A DNA stretch of 64,000 bases from Eledone cirrhosa (lineage: Eukaryota): assembly GCA_964016885.1 (NCBI GenBank), contig OZ024745.1, positions 11,284,001 to 11,348,000 of the forward strand, written 5' to 3'. Below, in pieces: positions 51,601 to 64,000 of this stretch. The position numbers and the translations under genes were made by a program. How positions within the stretch are numbered: position 1 is the stretch's first letter; each line of letters begins with the position of its first letter. The notes under the pieces were generated by a model. It was not told the origin of the DNA. It did not search any database and was given only the letters and a program-made list of their open reading frames with translations.

Positions 51601-54600
51601 GTAGTACTAGTAGTGGTTACAGTGGTGTTGGTGGTAGTATTAGTAGTGGTTACAGTGGTGTTGGTGGTAGTATTAGTATGGTTACAGTGGTGTTGGTGGT
51701 AGTATTAGTAGTGGTTTCGGTGGTGTTGGTGGTAGTATTAGTAGTGGTTACAGTGGTGTTGGTGGTAGTATTAGTAGTGGTTACAGTGGTGTTCGTTGTA
51801 GTATTAGTATGGTTACAGTGGTGTTGGTGGTAGTATTAGTAGTGGTTACAGTGGTGTTGGTGGTAGTATTAGTATGGTTACAGTGGTGTTGGTTGTAGTA
51901 CTAGTAGTGGTTACAGTGGTGTTGGTGGTAGTATTAGTAGTGGTTACAGTGGTGTTGGTGGTAGTATTAGTATGGTTACAGTGGTGTTGGTGGTAGTATT
52001 AGTAGTGGTTTCGGTGGTGTTGGTGGTAGTATTAGTAGTGGTTACAGTGGTGTTGGTGGTAGTATTAGTAGTGGTTACAGTGGTGTTGGTTGTAGTATTA
52101 GTGTGGTTACAGTGGTGTTGGTGGTAGTATTAGTATGGTTACAGTGGTGTTGGTGGTAGTATTAGTAGTGGTTACAGTGGTGTTGGTTGTAATATTAGTA
52201 GTGGTTACAGTGGTGTTGGTGGCAGTAGTAGTATGGTTACAGTGGTGTTGGTGGTAGTATTAGTAGTGGTTACAGTGGTGTTGATGGTAGTATTAGTAGT
52301 GGTTACAGTGGTGTTGGTGGTAGTATTAGTAGTGGTTACAGTGGTGTTGGTGGTAGTATTAGTAGTGGTTACGGTGGTGTTGGTTGTAGTATTAGTAGTG
52401 GTTACAGTGGTGTTGGTGGTAGTATTAGTAGTGGCTACAGTGGTGTTGGTGGTAGTATTAGTAGTGGCTACAGTGGTGTTGGTGGTAGTATTAGTATGGT
52501 TACAGTGGTGTTGGTGGTAGTATTAGTAGTGGTTACAGTGGTGTTGGTGGTAGTATTAGTAGTGGGTACATTGGTGTTGGTTGTAGTATTAGTAGTGGTT
52601 ACAGTGGTGTTGGTGGTAGTATTAGTAGTGGTTATAGTGGTGTTGGTTGAAGTATTAGTAGTGGTTACAGTGGTGTTGGTGGTAGTATTAGTAGTGGTTA
52701 CAGTGGTGTTGGTGGTAGTGTTAGTATGGTTACAGTGGTGTTGGTGGTAGTATTAGTAGTGGTTACAGTGGTGTTGGTGGCAGTATTAGTAGTGGACAGT
52801 GGTGTTGGTGGTAGTATTAGTATGGTTACAGTGGTGTTGGTGGTAGTATTAGTAGTGGACAGTGGTGTTGGTGGTAGTATTAGTATGGTTACAGTGGTGT
52901 TGGTGGTAGTATTAGTAGTGGTTACAGTGGTGTTCGTTGTAGTATTAGTAGTGGTTACAGCGGTGTTGGTGGTAGTATTAGTAGTGGTTACAGTGGTGTT
53001 GGTGGTAGTATTAGTATGGTTACAGTGGTGTTGGTGGTAGTATTAGTAGTGGTTACAGTGGTGTTGGTGGTAGTATTAGTAGTGGTTACAGTGGTGTTGG
53101 TGGTAGTATTAGTATGGTTACAGTGGTGTTGGTGGTAGTATTAGTAGTGGTTACAGTGGTGTTGGTGGCAGTATTAGTAGTGGACAGTGGTGTTGGTGGT
53201 AGTATTAGTATGGTTACAGTGGTGTTGGTGGTAGTATTAGTAGTGGTTACAGTGGTGTTGGTGGTAGTATTAGTAGTGGTTACAGTGGTGTTGGTGGTAG
53301 TATTAGTATGGTTACAGTGGTGTTGGTGGTAGTATTAGTAGTGATTACAGTGGTGCTGGTGGTAGTATTAGTAGTGGTTACAGTGGTGTTGGTGGCAGTA
53401 TTAGTATGGTTACAGTGGTGTGGTGTTAGTATTAGTAGTGGTTACAGTGGTGTTGGTGGTAGTATTAGTAGTGGTTACAGTGGTGTTGGTGGTAGTATTA
53501 GTAGTGGTTACAGTGGTGTTGGTGGTAGTATTAGTAGTGGTTACAGTGGTGTTGGTGGTAGTATTAGTAGTGATTACAGTGGTGCTGGTGGTAGTATTAG
53601 TAGTGGTTACAGTGGTGTTGGTGGTAGTATTAGTAGTGGTTACAGTGGTGTTGGTGGTAGTATTAGTAGTGGTTACAGTGGTGTTGGTGGTAGTATTAGT
53701 AGTGGTTACAGTCGTGTTGGTGGTAGTATTAGTAGTGATTACAGTGGTGCTGGTGGTAGTATTAGTAGTGGTTACAGTGGTGTTGGTGGTAGTATTAGTA
53801 GTGGTTACAGTGGTGTTGGTGGTAGTATTAGTAGTGGTTACAGTGGTGTTGGTGGTAGTATTAGTAGTGGTTACAGTGGTGTTGGTGGTAGTATTAGTAT
53901 GGTTACAGTGGTGTTGGTGGTAGTATTAGTAGTGGTTACAGTGGTGTTGGTGGTAGTATTAGTAGTGGTTACAGTGGTGTTGGTTGTAGTATTAGTATGG
54001 TTACAGTGGTGTTGGTGGTAGTATTAGTAGTGGTTACAGTGGTGTTGGTGGTAGTATTAGTAGTGGTTACAGTGGTGTTGGTGGTAGTATTAGTAGTGGT
54101 TACAGTGGTGTTGGTGGCAGTATTAGTAGTGGTTACAGTGGTGTGGTGTTAGTATTAGTAGTGGACAGTGGTGTTGGTGGCAGTATTAGTAGTGGTTACA
54201 GTGGTGTTGGTGGTAGTATTAGTAGTGGTTACAGTGGTGTTGGTGGTAGTATTAGTAGTGGTTACAGTGGTGTTGGTGGTAGTATTAGTAGTGGTTACAG
54301 TGGTGTTGGTGGTAGTATTAGTAGTGGTTACAGTGGTGTTGGTGGTAGTATTAGTAGTGGTTACAGTGGTGTTGGTGGTAGTATTAGTAGTGGTTACAGT
54401 GGTGTTGGTGGCAGTATTAGTAGTGGTTACAGTGGTGTTGGTGGTAGTATTAGTAGTGGTTACAGTGGTGTTGGTGGCAGTATTAGTAGTGGTTACAGTG
54501 GTGTTGGTGGTAGTATTAGTAGTGGTTACAGTGGTGTTGGTGGTAGTATTAGTATGGTTACAGTGGTGTTGGTGGTAGTACTAGTAGTGGTTACAGTGGT

Positions 54601-57600
54601 GTTGGTGGTAGTATTAGTATGGTTACAGTGGTGTTGGTGGCAGTATTAGTATGGTTACAGTGGTGTGGTGGTAGTATTAGTAGTGGTTACAGTGGTGTTG
54701 GTGGTAGTATTAGTATGGTTACAGTGGTGTTGGTGGCAGTATTAGTATGGTTACAGTGGTGTGGTGGTAGTATTAGTAGTGGTTACAGTGGTGTTGGTGG
54801 TAGTATTAGTAGTGGTTACAGTGGTGTTGGTGGTAGTATTAGTATGGTTACAGTTGTGTTGGTGGTAGTATTAGTAGTGGTTACGGTGGTGTTGGTTGTA
54901 GTATTAGTAGTGGTTACAGTGGTCTGGTGGTAGTATTAGTATGGTTACAGTGGTGTTGGTGGTAGTATTAGTAGTGGTTACGGTGGTGTTGGTGGTAGTA
55001 TTAGTAGTGGTTACGGTGGTGTTGGTGGTAGTATTAGTATGGTTACAGTGGTGTGGTGGTAGTATTAGTAGTGGTTACAGTGGTGTTGGTGGCAGTATTA
55101 GTATGGTTACAGTGGTGTGGTGGTAGTATTAGTAGTGGTTACAGTGGTGTTGGTGGTAGTATTAGTAGTGGTTACAGTGGTGTTGGTGGTAGTATTAGTA
55201 GTGGTTACAGTTGTGTTGGTGGTAGTATTAGTAGTGGTTACGGTGGTGTTGGTTGTAGTATTAGTAGTGGTTACAGTGGTGTTGGTGGTAGTATTAGTAG
55301 TGGTTACAGTGGTGTTGGTGGCAGTATTAGTAGTGGACAGTGGTGTTGGTGGTAGTACTAGTAGTGGTTAAAGTGGTGTTGGTTGTAGTACTAGTAGTGG
55401 TTACAGTGGTGTTGGTGGTAGTATTAGTAGTGGTTACGGTGGTGTTGGTGGTAGTATTAGTAGTGGTTACGGTGGTGTTGGTTGTAGTACTAGTAGTGGT
55501 TACAGTGGTGTTGGTGGTAGTATTAGTAGTGGTTACAGTGGTGTTGGTGGTAGTATTAGTATGGTTACAGTGGTGTTGGTGGTAGTATTAGTAGTGGTTA
55601 CAGTGGTGTTGGTGGCAGTATTAGTTGTGGTTACAGTGGTGTTGGTGGTAGTATTAATAGTGGTTACAGTGGTGTTGGTGGTAGTATTAGTATGGTTACA
55701 GTGGTGCTGGTGGTAGTATTAGTAGTGGACAGTGGTGTTGGTGGTAGTATTAGTATGGTTACAGTGGTGTTGGTGGTAGTATTTGTATGGTTACAGTGGT
55801 GTTGGTGGTAGTATTAGTAGTGGTTACAGTGGTGTTGGTGGTAGTATTAGTGTGGTTACAGTGTTGTTGGTGGTAGTATTAGTAGTGGTTACAGTGGTGT
55901 TGGTGGTAGTATTAGTATGGTTACAGTGGTGTTGGTTGTAGTACTAGTAGTGGTTACAGTGGTGTTGGTGGTAGTATTAGTAGTGGTTACGGTGGTGTTG
56001 GTGGTAGTATTAGTATGGTTACAGTGGTGTTGGTGGTAGTATTAGTAGTGGTTACAGTGGTGTTGGTGGCAGTATTAGTTGTGGTTACAGTGGTGTTGGT
56101 GGTAGTATTAATAGTGGTTACAGTGGTGTTGGTGGTAGTATTAGTAGTGGTTACAGTGGTGTTCGTTGTAGTATTAGTATGGTTACAGTGGTGTTGGTGG
56201 TAGTATTAGTAGTGGTTACAGTGGTGTTGGTGGTAGTATTAGTATGGTTACAGTGGTGTTGGTTGTAGTACTAGTAGTGGTTACAGTGGTGTTGGTGGTA
56301 GTATTAGTAGTGGTTACAGTGGTGTTGGTGGTAGTATTAGTAGTGGTTACAGTGGTGTTGGTGGCAGTATTAGTTGTGGTTACAGTGGTGTTGGTGGTAG
56401 TATTAGTATGGTTACAGTGGTGTTGGTTGTAGTACTAGTAGTGGTTACAGTGGTGTTGGTGGTAGTATTAGTAGTGGTTACAGTGGTGTTGGTGGTAGTA
56501 TTAGTAGTGGTTACGGTGGTGTTGGTGGTAGTATTAGTAGTCGTTACAGTGGTGTTGGTGGTAGTATTAGTAGTGGTTACAGTGGTGTTGGTGGTAGTAT
56601 TAGTAGTCGTTACAGTGGTGTTGGTGGTAGTATTAGTAGTCGTTACAGTGGTGTTGGTGGTAGTATTAGTAGTGGTTACGGTGGTGTTGGTGGTAGTATT
56701 AGTAGTGGTTACGGTGGTGTTGGTGGTAGTATTAGTAGTGGTTACAGTGGTGTTGGTGGTAGTATTAGTAGTGGTACAGTGGTGTTCGTTGTAGTATTTG
56801 TATGGTTACAGTGGTGTTGGTGGTAGTATTAGTAGTGGTTACAGTGGTGTTGGTGGTAGTATTAGTATGGTTACAGTGGTGTTGGTGGTAGTATTAGTAG
56901 TGGTTACAGTGGTGTTGGTGGCAGTATTAGTAGTGGTTACAGTGGTGTTGGTGGCAGTATTAGTAGTGGACAGTGGTGTTGGTGGTAGTATTAGTATGGT
57001 TACAGTGGTGTTGGTGGTAGTATTAGTAGTGGTTACAGTGGTGTTGGTGGTAGTATTAGTAGTGGTTACAGTGGTGTTGGTGGTAGTATTAGTATGGTTA
57101 CAGTGGTGTTGGTGGTAGTATTAGTAGTGATTACAGTGGTGCTGGTGGTAGTATTAGTAGTGGTTACAGTGGTGTTGGTGGCAGTATTAGTATGGTTACA
57201 GTGGTGTGGTGTTAGTATTAGTAGTGGTTACAGTGGTGTTGGTGGTAGTATTAGTAGTGGTTACAGTGGTGTTGGTGGTAGTATTAGTAGTGGTTACAGT
57301 GGTGTTGGTGGTAGTATTAGTAGTGGTTACAGTGGTGTTGGTGGTAGTATTAGTAGTGATTACAGTGGTGCTGGTGGTAGTATTAGTAGTGGTTACAGTG
57401 GTGTTGGTGGCAGTATTAGTAGTGGTTACAGTGGTGTTGGTGGTAGTATTAGTATGGTTACAGTGGTGTTGGTGGTAGTATTAGTAGTGATTACAGTGGT
57501 GCTGGTGGTAGTATTAGTAGTGGTTACAGTGGTGTTGGTGGTAGTATTAGTAGTGGTTACAGTGGTGTTGGTGGTAGTATTAGTAGTGGTTACAGTGGTG

Positions 57601-60600
57601 TTGGTGGTAGTATTAGTAGTGGTTACAGTGGTGTTGGTGGTAGTATTAGTATGGTTACAGTGGTGTTGGTGGTAGTATTAGTAGTGGTTACAGTGGTGTT
57701 GGTGGTAGTATTAGTAGTGGTTACAGTGGTGTTGGTTGTAGTATTAGTATGGTTACAGTGGTGTTGGTGGTAGTATTAGTAGTGGTTACAGTGGTGTTGG
57801 TGGTAGTATTAGTAGTGGTTACAGTGGTGTTGGTGGTAGTATTAGTAGTGGTTACAGTGGTGTTGGTGGCAGTATTAGTAGTGGTTACAGTGGTGTGGTG
57901 TTAGTATTAGTAGTGGTTACAGTGGTGTTGGTGGCAGTATTAGTAGTGGTTACAGTGGTGTTGGTGGTAGTATTAGTAGTGGTTACAGTGGTGTTGGTGG
58001 TAGTATTAGTAGTGGTTACAGTGGTGTTGGTGGTAGTATTAGTAGTGGTTACAGTGGTGTTGGTGGTAGTATTAGTAGTGGTTACAGTGGTGTTGGTGGT
58101 AGTATTAGTAGTGGTTACAGTGGTGTTGGTGGTAGTATTAGTAGTGGTTACAGTGGTGTTGGTGGCAGTATTAGTAGTGGTTACAGTGGTGTTGGTGGTA
58201 GTATTAGTAGTGGTTACAGTGGTGTTGGTGGCAGTATTAGTAGTGGTTACAGTGGTGTTGGTGGTAGTATTAGTAGTGGTTACAGTGGTGTTGGTGGTAG
58301 TATTAGTATGGTTACAGTGGTGTTGGTGGTAGTACTAGTAGTGGTTACAGTGGTGTTGGTGGTAGTATTAGTATGGTTACAGTGGTGTTGGTGGCAGTAT
58401 TAGTATGGTTACAGTGGTGTGGTGGTAGTATTAGTAGTGGTTACAGTGGTGTTGGTGGTAGTATTAGTATGGTTACAGTGGTGTTGGTGGCAGTATTAGT
58501 ATGGTTACAGTGGTGTGGTGGTAGTATTAGTAGTGGTTACAGTGGTGTTGGTGGTAGTATTAGTAGTGGTTACAGTGGTGTTGGTGGTAGTATTAGTATG
58601 GTTACAGTTGTGTTGGTGGTAGTATTAGTAGTGGTTACGGTGGTGTTGGTTGTAGTATTAGTAGTGGTTACAGTGGTCTGGTGGTAGTATTAGTATGGTT
58701 ACAGTGGTGTTGGTGGTAGTATTAGTAGTGGTTACGGTGGTGTTGGTGGTAGTATTAGTAGTGGTTACGGTGGTGTTGGTGGTAGTATTAGTATGGTTAC
58801 AGTGGTGTGGTGGTAGTATTAGTAGTGGTTACAGTGGTGTTGGTGGCAGTATTAGTATGGTTACAGTGGTGTGGTGGTAGTATTAGTAGTGGTTACAGTG
58901 GTGTTGGTGGTAGTATTAGTAGTGGTTACAGTGGTGTTGGTGGTAGTATTAGTAGTGGTTACAGTTGTGTTGGTGGTAGTATTAGTAGTGGTTACGGTGG
59001 TGTTGGTTGTAGTATTAGTAGTGGTTACAGTGGTGTTGGTGGTAGTATTAGTAGTGGTTACAGTGGTGTTGGTGGCAGTATTAGTAGTGGACAGTGGTGT
59101 TGGTGGTAGTACTAGTAGTGGTTAAAGTGGTGTTGGTTGTAGTACTAGTAGTGGTTACAGTGGTGTTGGTGGTAGTATTAGTAGTGGTTACGGTGGTGTT
59201 GGTGGTAGTATTAGTAGTGGTTACGGTGGTGTTGGTTGTAGTACTAGTAGTGGTTACAGTGGTGTTGGTGGTAGTATTAGTAGTGGTTACAGTGGTGTTG
59301 GTGGTAGTATTAGTATGGTTACAGTGGTGTTGGTGGTAGTATTAGTAGTGGTTACAGTGGTGTTGGTGGCAGTATTAGTTGTGGTTACAGTGGTGTTGGT
59401 GGTAGTATTAATAGTGGTTACAGTGGTGTTGGTGGTAGTATTAGTATGGTTACAGTGGTGCTGGTGGTAGTATTAGTAGTGGACAGTGGTGTTGGTGGTA
59501 GTATTAGTATGGTTACAGTGGTGTTGGTGGTAGTATTTGTATGGTTACAGTGGTGTTGGTGGTAGTATTAGTAGTGGTTACAGTGGTGTTGGTGGTAGTA
59601 TTAGTGTGGTTACAGTGTTGTTGGTGGTAGTATTAGTAGTGGTTACAGTGGTGTTGGTGGTAGTATTAGTATGGTTACAGTGGTGTTGGTTGTAGTACTA
59701 GTAGTGGTTACAGTGGTGTTGGTGGTAGTATTAGTAGTGGTTACGGTGGTGTTGGTGGTAGTATTAGTATGGTTACAGTGGTGTTGGTGGTAGTATTAGT
59801 AGTGGTTACAGTGGTGTTGGTGGCAGTATTAGTTGTGGTTACAGTGGTGTTGGTGGTAGTATTAATAGTGGTTACAGTGGTGTTGGTGGTAGTATTAGTA
59901 GTGGTTACAGTGGTGTTCGTTGTAGTATTAGTATGGTTACAGTGGTGTTGGTGGTAGTATTAGTAGTGGTTACAGTGGTGTTGGTGGTAGTATTAGTATG
60001 GTTACAGTGGTGTTGGTTGTAGTACTAGTAGTGGTTACAGTGGTGTTGGTGGTAGTATTAGTAGTGGTTACAGTGGTGTTGGTGGTAGTATTAGTAGTGG
60101 TTACAGTGGTGTTGGTGGCAGTATTAGTTGTGGTTACAGTGGTGTTGGTGGTAGTATTAGTATGGTTACAGTGGTGTTGGTTGTAGTACTAGTAGTGGTT
60201 ACAGTGGTGTTGGTGGTAGTATTAGTAGTGGTTACAGTGGTGTTGGTGGTAGTATTAGTAGTGGTTACGGTGGTGTTGGTGGTAGTATTAGTAGTCGTTA
60301 CAGTGGTGTTGGTGGTAGTATTAGTAGTGGTTACAGTGGTGTTGGTGGTAGTATTAGTAGTCGTTACAGTGGTGTTGGTGGTAGTATTAGTAGTCGTTAC
60401 AGTGGTGTTGGTGGTAGTATTAGTAGTGGTTACGGTGGTGTTGGTGGTAGTATTAGTAGTGGTTACGGTGGTGTTGGTGGTAGTATTAGTAGTGGTTACA
60501 GTGGTGTTGGTGGTAGTATTAGTAGTGGTACAGTGGTGTTCGTTGTAGTATTTGTATGGTTACAGTGGTGTTGGTGGTAGTATTAGTAGTGGTTACAGTG

Positions 60601-63200
60601 GTGTTGGTGGTAGTATTAGTAGTGGTTACAGTGGTGTTCGTTGTAGTATTTGTATGGTTACAGTGGTGTTGGTGGTAGTATTAGTAGTGGTTACAGTGGT
60701 GTTGGTTGTAGTATTAGTATGGTTACAGTGGTGTTGGTTGTAGTACTAGTAGTGGTTACATTGGTGTTGGTGGTAGTATTAGTAGTGGTTACAGTGGTGT
60801 TGGTGGTAGTATTAGTATGGTTACAGTGGTGTTGGTTGTAGTACTAGTAGTGGTTACATTGGTGTTGGTGGTAGTATTAGTAGTGGTTACAGTGGTGTTG
60901 GTGGTAGTATTAGTATGGTTACAGTGGTGTTGGTTGTAGTACTAGTAGTGGTTACATTGGTGTTGGTGGTAGTATTAGTAGTGGTTACAGTGGTGTTGGT
61001 GGTAGTATTAGTATGGTTACAGTGGTGTTGGTTGTAGTACTAGTAGTGGTTACATTGGTGTTGGTGGTAGTATTAGTAGTGTTTACAGTGGTGTTGGTGG
61101 TAGTATTAGTATGGTTACAGTGGTGTTGGTGGTAGTATTAGTAGTGGTTACGGTGGTGTTGGTGGTAGTATTAGTAGTGGTTACAGTGGTGTTGGTGGTA
61201 GTATTAGTATGGTTACAGTGGTGTTGGTTGTAGTATTAGTATGGTTACCGTGGTGTTGGTGGTAGTAGTAGTGTGGTTACAGTGGTGTTGGTGGTAGTAT
61301 TAGTAATGGTACAGTGGTGTTGGTGGTAGTATTAGTAGTGGTTACAGTGGTGTTGGTGGTAGTATTAGTAGTGGTTGCAGTGGTGTTGGTTGTAGTATTA
61401 GTGTGGTTACAATGGTGTTGGTGGTAGTATTAGTATGGTTACAGTGGTGTTGGTGGTAGTATTAGTAGTGGTACAGTGTGTTGGTTGTAGTACTAGTAGT
61501 GGTTACAGTGGTGTTGGTGGTAGTATTAGTATGGTTACAGTGGTGTTGGTGACAATATTAGTAGTGGTACAGTGTGTTGGTTGTAGTACTAGTAGTGGTT
61601 ACAGTGGCGTTGGTGGTAGTATTAGTATGGTTACAGTCTTGTTAGTGACAGTATTAGTAGTGGTACAGTGTGTTTGTGGTAGTATTAGTAATGGTACAGG
61701 GGTGTTGGTGGTAGTATTAGTAGTGGTTACAGTGGTGTTGGTGGCAGTATTAGTATGGTTACAGTGGTGTTGGTTGTAGTATTAGTATGGTTACCGTGGT
61801 GTTGGTGGTAGTAGTAGTGTGGTTACAGTGGTGTTGGTGGTAGTATTAGTAATGGTACAGTGGTGTTGGTGGTAGTATTACTATGGTTTCAGTGGTGTTG
61901 GTGGTAGTATTAGTAGGCGTTACAGTGGTGTTGGTGGTAGTATTAGTAGGGGTTACAGTGGTGTTGGTGGTAGTATTAGTATGGTTACAGTGGTGTTGGT
62001 TGTAGTATTAGTAATGGTACAGTGGTGTTGGTGGTAGTATTACTATGGTTACTGTGGTGTTGGTTGTAGTATTAGTAGTGGTTACAGTGGTGTTGGTGGT
62101 AGTAGTAGTATGGTTACAGTGGTGTTGGTGGTAGTATTAGTAGTGGTTACAGTGGTGTTGGTTGTAATATTAGTAGTGGTTACAGTGGTGTTGGTGGTAG
62201 TACTAGTATGGTTACAGTGGTGTTGGTGGTAGTATTAGTATAGTTACAGTGGTGTTGGTAGTAGTGTTAGTAGTGGTACAGTGTGTTTGTGGTAGTATTA
62301 GTATAGTAACAGTGGTGTTTGTGGTAGTATTAGTAGTGGTACAGTGTGTTGGTGGTAGTATTAGTATGGTTACAGTGGTGTTGGTGGTAGTATTAGTAAT
62401 GGTACAGTGGTGTTGGTGGTAGTATTAGTATTGTTACAGTGGTGTTGGTGGTAGTATTAGTAGTGGTACAGTGTGTTGGTGGTTGTTTTAGTATGGTAAC
62501 AGTGGTGTTGGTGGTAGTATTAGTAGTGGTACAGTGTGTTGGTGGTAGTATTAGTATGGTTACAGTGGTGTTGGTGGTAGTATTAGTAATGGTACAGTGG
62601 TGTTGGTGGTAGTATTAGTATGGTTACAGTGGTGTTGGTGGTAGTATTAGTAGTGGTTACAGTGGTGTTGGTGGTACTATTAGTAGTGGTTACAGTGGTG
62701 TGGGTGGTAGTATTAGTATAGTTACAGTGGTGTTGGTGGTAGTATTAGTAATGGTACAATGGTGTTGGTGGTAGTATTAATATGGTTACAGTGGTGTTGG
62801 TGGTAGTATTAGTAGTGGTACAGTGTGTTGGTGGTAGTATTAGTAGTGGTTACAGTGGTGTTGGTTGTAGTATTAGTAGTGGTTACAGTAGTGTTGGTGG
62901 TAGTATTAGTAGTGGTTCAGTGGTGTTGGTGGTAGTATTAGGAGTGGTTACAGTGGTGTTGTTTGTAGTATTAGTAGAGGTTACAGTGGTGTTGTTTGTA
63001 GTATTAGTAGAGGTTACACTGGTGTTGGTGGTAGTATTAGTAGTGGTTACAGTGGTGTTGGTGGTAGTATTAGGAGTGGTTACAGTGGTGTTGGTGGTAG
63101 TATTAGTAGTGGTACAGTGGTGGTGGTAGTATTAGTAGTGGTATAGTGGTGTTGGTGGTAGTATCACCAGTGGTACAGTAGTGTTGGTAGTAGTAGTATT
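39690..63200. repeat. ~23.5-kb satellite, monomer GGTTACAGTGGTGTTGGTGGTAGTATTAGTAGT (33 bp, with 31/32-bp variants) and higher-order repeats
   Basis: Continuous period of about 33 bp. Diagnostic variants recur at offsets such as 98, ~294, 2800, 3754 and 16002 bp. The poly-Val and GGSISSGYSGV ORFs are translations of the repeat. Confidence 0.98.
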
Positions 63201-63509
63201 ACTCAACTTCAATGGAAGGTGCAAATGGTAAAGAACGAGAGAGAATTATATCTTTTACAATGTTTTAGTTATAACTAAGTTGTATTCTTTAATTCTTTTG
63301 CAGGTTTCCATGATAAGATTGCGGCCATGCGAGGGCACAACCTTGAAAAGTGTACATTCTGAATACAACACCCACTGGATTTGAATTGCAATCGAAAACA
63401 TAAAGGACGGTTCGTTCAATCGAAGATGTCCCTCCACTTGCACCAAAGTGTGAAATTAATATATTTTTTTATTTCACCGAATTTACATTAGAACAGATTT
63501 TGTGCATTA

Positions 63510-63662
63510 CAAAAAAAAAAAAATAAATAAATAAATAAATAAATAAAAATAAAAATAAAAATAAAAATAAAAATAAAAATAAAAAGTGAAAAATAAAAGA
63601 AAAAGAATAAGAAAAGAAGAAAAAAAGCAAAAAAAGAAAAAGAAAGAAAGAGGGATAAAAAA
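63510..63662. repeat. A-rich low-complexity tract [(TAAA)n, (TAAAAA)n]
   Basis: Seen directly in the sequence. Confidence 0.9.
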
Positions 63663-63904
63663 CAACCCTGCCAAAACCTTCCAATTGTTGCTAAGTAGGG
63701 ACATGAAATATTTTAAGTGTAAAAGATAGTAAAAAGTAAATTAAAACAAATGCAATAAAATACAAGAAATAAAGAAGCCGAAATCTCTAATAACTACACA
63801 TTAAAACTTTCACAGATATCTTGCTATATTTATCTATCTGTCTGAATATATATTACACACACACGCATATATATATGAGTATGTATATATATATATCAAT
63901 ATAT

Positions 63905-63949
<45 letters not shown>

Positions 63950-64000
63950 TTTTTGATATGAAAACGTGTGTCGAAACAAATATTGTTATACTTGTATAAC

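Noticed and set aside
39703-63129. Poly-Val and GGSISSGYSGV (Gly/Ser/Tyr structural-protein-like) ORFs
   Set aside because: The 33-bp unit is open by chance. Abundant 31/32-bp units shift the frame constantly, which is incompatible with coding selection. There is no signal peptide or unique terminus.

Overview
This is repeat-saturated eukaryotic DNA with no intact host protein-coding gene. The SINE family and microsatellite content suggest an octopod cephalopod, which is an inference. About half the window is satellite: an 18-bp array (1-5189), a ~23.5-kb 33-bp array with higher-order structure (39690-63200) and several minisatellites. Almost all ORF-track entries are translations of these repeats. 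The interspersed region (5.2-39.7 kb) holds a 5'-truncated, dead L1/Tx1-type LINE inserted into a TC-rich satellite. It also holds fragments of CRE-like and RTE-like LINEs, a Chapaev3-like transposase remnant, non-autonomous Helitron-like elements, and six full-length plus several partial tRNA-derived SINE copies. The most notable signal, read directly from the sequence, is a dense set of different minimal type I hammerhead ribozymes (CUGANGA-stem II-GAAA-palindromic stem III-NUH). They lie in short modules between (TA)n tracts, resembling Penelope-like pseudo-LTRs or retrozymes. The set includes a U3-A8 compensatory core variant, a divergently oriented inverted pair, and a perfect fold-back hairpin centred on what looks like a hammerhead stem II. 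Two minisatellites can be traced to their origin inside a SINE and inside LINE coding sequence.
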